From the NCBI GenBank assembly GCA_964016885.1, contig OZ024746.1:30380001-30444000 (forward strand): a DNA stretch of 64,000 nucleotides, given 5' to 3'. A model generated the notes under the pieces. It worked only from the letters and a program-made list of their open reading frames with translations. It was not told the origin of the DNA and made no database searches. The translations under genes and the position numbers were made by a program. Numbering within the stretch: position 1 is the first letter of the stretch; every line of letters begins with the position of its first letter. Below, in pieces: positions 55,824 to 64,000 of the stretch. This DNA is from Eledone cirrhosa (taxonomy: Eukaryota).

Positions 55824-56540
55824 AAAAGTAAACAACAACCACAAGGAGTATAGTTACGAAATGTTTTAGGTATTAGGTTCACACTTGAGAGTTACAGAGT
55901 GGTGGGAGAACATATATATATATATATGCATATATATGTGTGTGTGTGTATGTGTGTGTGTGTATCTATCTATCTATATATATATATATATATAACGAAG
56001 GAAATGTGGTAAGGAACCAGGTGGACCATAACGCACCAAAGTACTCAATACTTAGGGTAGTAGAGTGGGTAATAGGAACGAGTAGGACCCCGACGGCTGA
56101 GCTCAAGCCGTTTCGACGGCTAATTCTGGACTCAGAATTAGCCGTCGAAACGGAGAATCACATAAGAATCACATAAGAAACGGAGAATCAGTGTTGCGAC
56201 GAATAAAATTTATTAGACATATTACAATCGTTTCTCTGGCGACCAGCTCGAGGCACGATCAATGTAATGATCGAACCTGACTCTGAAATCGCAAGGTTCT
56301 CAGATATGTCTCGATTCTACGAAGCAGAGTTCCAAATATCCAGTTGCACTCGCGGCCCTCACTCGGATTTTAGTCTTAGATATTTATTATTATTATTTAT
56401 AATAATAGCTGTCGAAACGGCTTGAGCTCTGCCGTCGGGGTTCTGACTCTTTTACTTTTACCCACTCTACTACCCAAAGTATCGAGTACTCTGGTGCGTT
56501 ATGGTCCACCTGGTTCCTTACCACATTCCCTTCGATATAT

Positions 56541-56601
<61 letters not shown>

Positions 56602-56719
56602 AAAAGTAAACAAGAACCACAAAGAGTACAGTTACAAAGTTAGAAAAGGTTTTAGGTATTAGGTTTACACTTGAGAGTGGGGGGCTGGGGATATATATGT
56701 ATGTATGTATCTATCTATC

Positions 56720-56774
<55 letters not shown>

Positions 56775-56955
56775 AAAAGTATGACCACGACGGCTATTTC
56801 TGGACTCAGAAATAGCCGTCGAAACGGCTTCAGCTCTGCCGTCAGGGTCATACTTTTTCCTATTACCCACTCTACTACCCTATGTATTGAGTACTCTGGT
56901 GCGTTATGGTCCATCTGGTTCCTTACCACAATTCCTTCGTTCCACAATTCCTTCG

Positions 56956-57004
<49 letters not shown>

Positions 57005-57201
57005 AACAAGTAAGACCCCGACGGCTGAGCTCAAGCCGTTTCGAGTCCAGAATTAGCCGTCGAAACGGCTTGAGCTCAGCCGTCGGGGTCTTACTTGTTC
57101 CTATTACGCACTCTACTACCCTAAGTATTGACTACTTTGGTGCGTTATGGTCCACCTGGTTACTTACCACATTTCCTTCGTTATATATATATATATATAT
57201 A

Positions 57202-57238
<37 letters not shown>

Positions 57239-57285
57239 CGGATTTTAGTCTTCATATTTATTATTATTATTTATATATATATATA

Positions 57286-57387
57286 CCGAGGTTGACTTTG
57301 CCTTTCATCCTTACGGGGTTGATAAAATAAAGTACCAGTAATGCACTGGGTAATTGCTGGCCTTGTGCCTAAAGTAGAAACAATTAT
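57286..57387 (+). mobile_element. SINE family A, 5'-truncated
   Basis: Core and tail match the family. Confidence 0.85.
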
Positions 57388-59413
57388 TTATATATATATC
57401 AGTATTATTTTACATTTTCTATGACAGTGGACATATGTCATATGAATCCATAGATTTTCACACACCTTTAATCATGTTTAATTTCTATCTGCTGGTCTCC
57501 TCCTCTGCCAAGCTTCCATGTGGCAACTGGCAGCGTGCCAAACATTTCTTCGCTATATTCACTTCACTTCCTTCTCCACGTCCAATAAGAGGCTGTTAAT
57601 TCTATAATGTCAAAACTACAACAACAACAATATTATCAATCGTAATGACATGAACAACAACCACAGAAATGTTAACCATAATATTAGAGATAGCTTCTTT
57701 TCTAGCTCCTAATACAGAACTAAAGCTTCTATGTTTTAGAGGAGAAACAAATGATTTTTTAACGGCTGTTACTTTCATATAAGATCTGTTAATACAATTG
57801 TTGTTTAAATACAAGTCATTAAACACCAGTATGACCAAATGGTAAAGAAATTCGTTTCCAAATCACGAGGTCCCGCGTTCGATCTGACTGTGTGGTATCT
57901 TGAGTTTCATTTACTATTACTATTATCTCGGACTGACCCACACCTTTTGGGTGAAATTGGCTAGATGGAATTGTTTAGAAGCATGTCGGATGGTATGTAC
58001 CTCTAACTCTGTAATTCAAATGGTCAGCCTTGTCACACAGTATATCACATTAAACTCTCCTCATAGTTGTGTTAATTATCAGGGAGATTCACTGTGACAA
58101 GGTAGACCATTTAAATTACAGATACAGCTCAATTTTGCCAGTTGAGTAGACTGAAACAACGAAAGATGAAGTGAAGGACACAACGTGCCGCTACAAAATC
58201 GAACTCACGAACGATCTAATCACCATCTGAATACTCTTAACTCCAAGCAACGCTTTCACAAACCCTCAAGTACTGAGCTCCTATATACCACGTTTTTGGT
58301 CGTTTAACACATTTAACTCATTTCCTATAAATCATAATTCAAAGACACTATTTCTTACCAGCAAACGTAAAAGAAAATGTTAATTTTTAACTCGTATTAC
58401 CAATGATAGAGAATTAGGAGGTACTAGTTTGCGCCAACAAATATAAACAGAAGACGTTCCCATAAATTAGGATGCAAAGATTTTTTATTTTTTCGTTATT
58501 TTACTGCAGTAATGGAAAGAGGGTTATCAAATTTGCTCTCATTGCTAATAATTCATGACTTGAAGTCACTACCAAATATCTACAGTAAACATTATTTTTA
58601 ACATGGTGAGGGGGCCCATTAAATTTAACTCCTATTGACAGTAATATATAATTTTGAGATACTATTTTTCATCAACAAATATTTACTATGTTAACGTTGT
58701 TATCAAACAATTAATGTTGAGTTCGTCCTTTCTAAATATTTCGCTAAACTACCTTCTAATTAGACGTTTTTTGAAGAAAAACAACTCAATTTCTGTTTGT
58801 AATTCTTTAAATTTTCTTTCATTGTTCAAATTGGAAATAAATTGAATACCCAAAGAAAACTTTATCTGTAAATTTAATTTATAATTACTAGAGCAGCAGA
58901 CAAAACCTCCTTCATTGAAATACAATAATAAACTAGTTTATCTCGTTTTGCACTCCTGTATTAGTATTTTAACCTTACCGCTAATTATACCAAAAATTCT
59001 TGTTTGGTGAGAAAATTATGGCATTTCTTGTTCGAAAATAGAACCAAAATATTAGCAAACGTATAAAATTTGCTATAGAATTAATTCTATAAAAACTTCA
59101 GCTGCTCATTTTATTATATTTATTTATTTTATTATTTAGTTTATTTATTTGAGTTTCGTAAATTGAGTTTAATAATGTAGTATGATTGCTTTTGTCTTTG
59201 TACAGCTTCATCTCTCTATTTATATATGCGGAATGTTGAGAAGTAGTGAGAGACAAGAGGTTGTATACTATGGAGTTAAACTAACACCGGAATTTCGATT
59301 ACTTCTTGCGGTTAAGCATATGTCATCTTATTGCTTTGTTTTGGTTTTCAGGGGCCGTGTTTCTATGATTATATCATCTAACGTTGAGTTCGTCAACAAG
59401 TGTTAGGAGGAAC

Positions 59414-59735
59414 ACATGTGGGCCATTACAGTGTTTTCTGTGGGCCTCAGACCTTTTCAAATATTTATATATAAAATATAATATAATATACATGTGGTCC
59501 ATAAAGGTGTTCTCTGTGGACCTCAGACTTTTTCATATGTTTACATGCAACATATGACATAAATATGTTATAAATATGGACCATTGAGGCGTTCCTTGTG
59601 AGCCTCAGACCATCTGAAATATTTATATGCAAGATATGATATAATCTACATATGGGCCACTGAGGTGTTCTTTGAGGGCTTCTGACCTTTTCAAATGTTT
59701 ATACGAAAGATATGATATAATATACATGTGGGTCA
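59414..59735. repeat. Degenerate tandem repeat, about 77-bp unit, about 4 copies
   Basis: acatgtgggccat...gtgttytctgtgggcctcagaccttttcaaatatttata recurs. Confidence 0.85.
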
Positions 59736-60158
59736 TGTATATTATATATTGCATGTATTTTATTGTACATAGATGTCTTCTACTGGCCATAGATGTATTG
59801 TCCTTGTGTCAAAGGTGGACCATTCATAATAGGCGTTGCTAGTCTAATACTGGGATTAAATCCTCTTGTCTCGCGTTCTTTCTCTCACCTTCGACTACCA
59901 CCCTCTCTGTCTATCTGTTTATTATCATTCTCTTTCTGGAAGAATCGACTATAGACAAAAATGTTGAAGAGTGGACACCCTCAGGTTTAAATGCAAATGA
60001 TGGTGACCTTATCTCCCTCCCCTTAATCTGGAGTTAGGACATTGGTGAAATAAAAAGAAAACACTGATTATATCATAGAAATGTATTGTTACCACACCAA
60101 GTTTTACTAAATTAAGGTGCGTTTTATGATTTCAAAATTAATTAATAATCATAGCTAC

Positions 60159-60428
60159 ATTGTACTGTCCAGAATATATTGTATTGTCCAGAATATATTG
60201 TATTGTCCAGAATATATTGTATTGTCCAGAATATATTGTATTGTCCAGAAATATATTGTATTGTCCAGAAATATAATGTATTGTCCAGAAATATAATGTA
60301 TTGTCCAGAAATATATTGTATTGTCCAGAAATATAATGTATTGTCCAGAAATATATTGTATTGTCCAGAAATATAATGTATTGTCCAGAAATATATTGTA
60401 TTGTCCAGAGATATAGTGTATTGTCCAT
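60159..60428. repeat. 20/21-bp minisatellite
   Basis: tgtattgtccaga(a)atataw repeated about 13 times with no unique spacers. Confidence 0.95.
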
Positions 60429-61356
60429 AGATGTGTTGTATTTTCCAAAACTTTCAAGTTTTCGAAACAACTTTTTACTTACACATCGTTGACCTTTCCA
60501 TTCATCTTAAGATAAAATAACCTAGAAACTTTAGTGTTGACATCACAGTTCAACATGGCGACACAAATCTATGTCCATGTATGTTTGTGTGTGTTTGTAT
60601 ATCTGTGTGTGGTTATCTGTGTGTTTGTGTGTGTATGTGCGTGTCTGTGTATATGTCTGTATGTGTCTTTTCCTATTCTATTAAAACTGTAATTCCTCGC
60701 AGTTCTCAACGCATAGAAAGCAGATGATAAATAGTGTTTTAGACAGCGACAATGCATCTTTTCAAATATTATGTCTATCACATCATTTGATGTTGAAATG
60801 TAATAGAAAATGAAAGGTTTTATTTTTAAACTTGAAGCAAGATGCCGATAAGACAGGAAAGAACACAAAAAGATAATGGAGTTGGAATAAATAAATAAAT
60901 AAATAAATAAATAAAAGGTAGTCTGGAGGCGGCAGCACATTCTGAAATACTAAATGGATTTTGTTTCTTGCATTTGTGAATTACGTTGTAATACTGTTAA
61001 AAACGAATGTCACATAAAGACGTTAAAATAGAATAATGAGTGTCTACGTCTAAGTTCATTTCAAAGGAAACGTGTGTTACCTAACTTTTCTGGAATCCTC
61101 TATATATCTAACGTATGTCACCTAGCATTCGTGTAATCCTCTACATCTTCTATGTAGAAATGAAATTATAGATCAAAAGACAATGACCCGGAGAGAAAAT
61201 CAGTAAAGTTTACTGATGATATTTAGAAGGCATTTCAGTCAGAAAGACAAGATGAGGTAAATAAAACAAAATCAAAAGGAAAGGAAGACACAGTCGAAGA
61301 AATATATGTATTTAGAAGGTCACAGAATGTGCGACGAAAGATCTTTTGCAATTAAA

Positions 61357-61522
61357 TAATTGTTTCTACTTTTGGCACAAGGCCATCAATTATCCCAGTG
61401 CATTACTGGTACTTAATTTCATCGACCCCGTAAGGATGAAAGACAAAGTTAACCTCAGCGGGATTTGAACTCAGACCGTAAAGGGTAATTCTATGCTGGA
61501 AAGCATAGTGTCCGACCCTCCA
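61357..61522 (-). mobile_element. SINE family A
   Basis: Reverse-complement copy. Confidence 0.85.
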
Positions 61523-61693
61523 ATGGTCCTCTTGCTAAACTAACCGTGAAATGCATTAATTGTCTAATTAATAATAAAACAGTGAAACTCAACAGAGGGC
61601 CGTATTTTAATTGGCATCATGAGCTTCTTAATGTATTATGTATATAGAGATATGTGTGTGTATGCATGTGTGCTTGTCTCTGTGTGCGAGTGG

Positions 61694-61778
<85 letters not shown>

Positions 61779-61980
61779 GAGAGAGAGGGAGGATTGTGGA
61801 TGCATGTGTCCAAATTTTCGGATATTTAAGACAATGCAATTAGAAGTGGATATTGCTTTTCAAACCAACTGCTCTAAGCAATAGACAAACCTGACAGCCT
61901 AGTGTATGTATATTTAGAACATAGAACTTCGGTCATATTCTTGATACTTATAGTCAACGGCACCATAATCTCACTATTTA

Positions 61981-62063
<83 letters not shown>

Positions 62064-62072
62064 GTGTGTGTG

Positions 62073-62350
62073 AAGGTGCGCGGTTTATTGGTTAGAGAGT
62101 TGAATTCACAATCGGGAGGTTGTGAATTCGAATCCAGACCGGGCAATGCATTGTGTCCTTAAGCACGACACTTTCTTTCACGTTGCCCCCAGTTCATTCA
62201 GCAACAAAAATGAGTTGTGACGTCACTGGAGCCAAGTTGTATCGGTCTTTGTCTTTTCCTTTTCCTTCGACAACATCGATGGCGTGCAGAGGTGAACTTT
62301 CTAGGTATAAATCTCATGGTCATTCGTGACCATAGGCGATCTTTACCCTT
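62073..62350 (+). mobile_element. tRNA-derived SINE (second family)
   Basis: ggtttattggttagag A-box-like, ttcgaatcc B-box-like, then ttgtgtccttaagcacgacact. Related decayed copies near 9862, 18200, 53435 and 57835. Confidence 0.7.
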
Positions 62351-62675
62351 TATATATATATACAGATATATACAGATTTCGTCTCACTCGCAGCTATTTT
62401 TAATGATATGCTTCACTGTAGGCAACTAATAAGATCGAAACATGCTTCTTGTTATCACCGGTTGGTTTTCAACACAATTTACAAATATTTGAATTAAACG
62501 ATATTATTGGAGTTACATCTTTCTTGCCTGTAACTTTTAGAGATTCTCTTTGTCTCCTAATTACTTGGATAATCTCAGTTAATCCGGGTGGGAGTCTTTA
62601 CTGTTTGTATATATTTTGCAGAAAGCGTCCTTGGAGCATTTCCCCTCAGCCATTTTGCATATATGTACTATGTAC

Positions 62676-62743
<68 letters not shown>

Positions 62744-62746
62744 ATG

Positions 62747-62871
<125 letters not shown>

Positions 62872-62941
62872 TATATATATATATAATATATATACATAGA
62901 GAGAGGGGAGACAGAGAGAGAGAAAGATGTATGTATATATG

Positions 62942-63003
<62 letters not shown>

Positions 63004-63017
63004 CATACACAGATATA

Positions 63018-63051
<34 letters not shown>

Positions 63052-63232
63052 CATATATATACATATATATATATACATAGACATATATATATATATATAT
63101 ATATACATATACATACATATATATATATACATATATACATATATACATATATATATATACATATATACATATATATATATACATATATATACATATATAT
63201 ATATACATATACATATATATATATACATATAC

Positions 63233-63295
<63 letters not shown>

Positions 63296-63389
63296 CATAT
63301 ATATATACATATACATATATATATATATATACATACATATATATATACATACATATATATATACATACATATATATATACATATACATG

Positions 63390-63466
<77 letters not shown>

Positions 63467-63469
<3 letters not shown>

Positions 63470-64000
63470 AATTGAAACAAAATGAAAACGAAATTTCATT
63501 TCTCACTCTTAGTATGGCACTTACTTAAATGTAAGTATGCATGTATACGTACATACATATATGTATACAGACGTACAGTAGCATGCACATATATATACAT
63601 ATATACATACATATGCATACAGGTACACATACATATATGCACGTATCAGTTTAGCGGCGCTTATTATAACGTCGCTTTGTTCGTTTGTAAACAAACTGAA
63701 CAGCCTGAATTTATGCCATACGGTGTTAAGGCAACCACGTCACCTTTTTGTTCAACACTGACACAGGAACGATGTACTAGTTTCAAGCTTGTTAGCTATC
63801 ATCAGCACCGTTTACCCATCTGCCAGATAGTTGAACGTTCGAAAGTATATACTTCCCTTATGAAAATTAAGGCTGAGCAGCCTAATTTGCATATTGAGTG
63901 AGTTAAATCGGTCAGGCATACCGAAAACGATAAATTGAAACAAAATGAAAACGAAATTTCATTTCTCACTCTTAGTATGGCACTTACTTAAATGTAAGTA
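63467..64000 (-). mobile_element. Partial tandem repeat (463-bp offset) containing a hammerhead; pLTR- or retrozyme-like; runs off the window
   Basis: 63467-63537 is repeated exactly at 63930-64000; abuts a long (TA)n tract. Confidence 0.75.
63768..63812 (-). ncRNA. Minimal type I hammerhead ribozyme
   Basis: AACGGTG CTGATGA t-AGCT-aaca-AGCT-t GAAA CTAG TA CATCGTT; 7-bp stem I, palindromic stem III, GUA site. Confidence 0.85.

Noticed and set aside
60159-60428. CRISPR-like periodic array
   Set aside because: Head-to-tail repeats with no unique spacers, no cas genes, and a eukaryotic context.

Overview
AT-rich, microsatellite-saturated animal DNA with no confidently identifiable host gene. 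Repeat content suggests a cephalopod (Octopus-like) intergenic or intronic region; this is inference. Most listed ORFs are translations of (TA)n, (CA)n, (GA)n, (GAA)n and (AAT)n tracts. The real coding sequence is retroelement-derived: a frameshifted RTE-type LINE (33.8-36.8 kb), an apparently full-length Tx1/L1-type LINE in an (AAT)n tract (37.8-43.7 kb), two R4/Dong-type RLE LINE 3' ends in the same kind of tract (43.8-46.0 kb), further RTE/Tx1 fragments, and two Penelope-like GIY-YIG fragments. Non-coding mobile DNA includes more than a dozen tRNA-type SINE copies, two non-autonomous Helitrons and a hAT-type element with an 8-bp TSD. The most striking signal is a recurring set of short, sequence-unrelated inserts in or beside microsatellite tracts, mostly (TA)n. 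Many carry long fold-back inverted repeats and/or minimal type I hammerhead ribozyme motifs (best at 25697-25761, 55082-55136, 63768-63812). Copy-private variants shared by both arms of a hairpin suggest the inverted arm is copied from its partner at insertion. All structure calls were made by eye, not computed.
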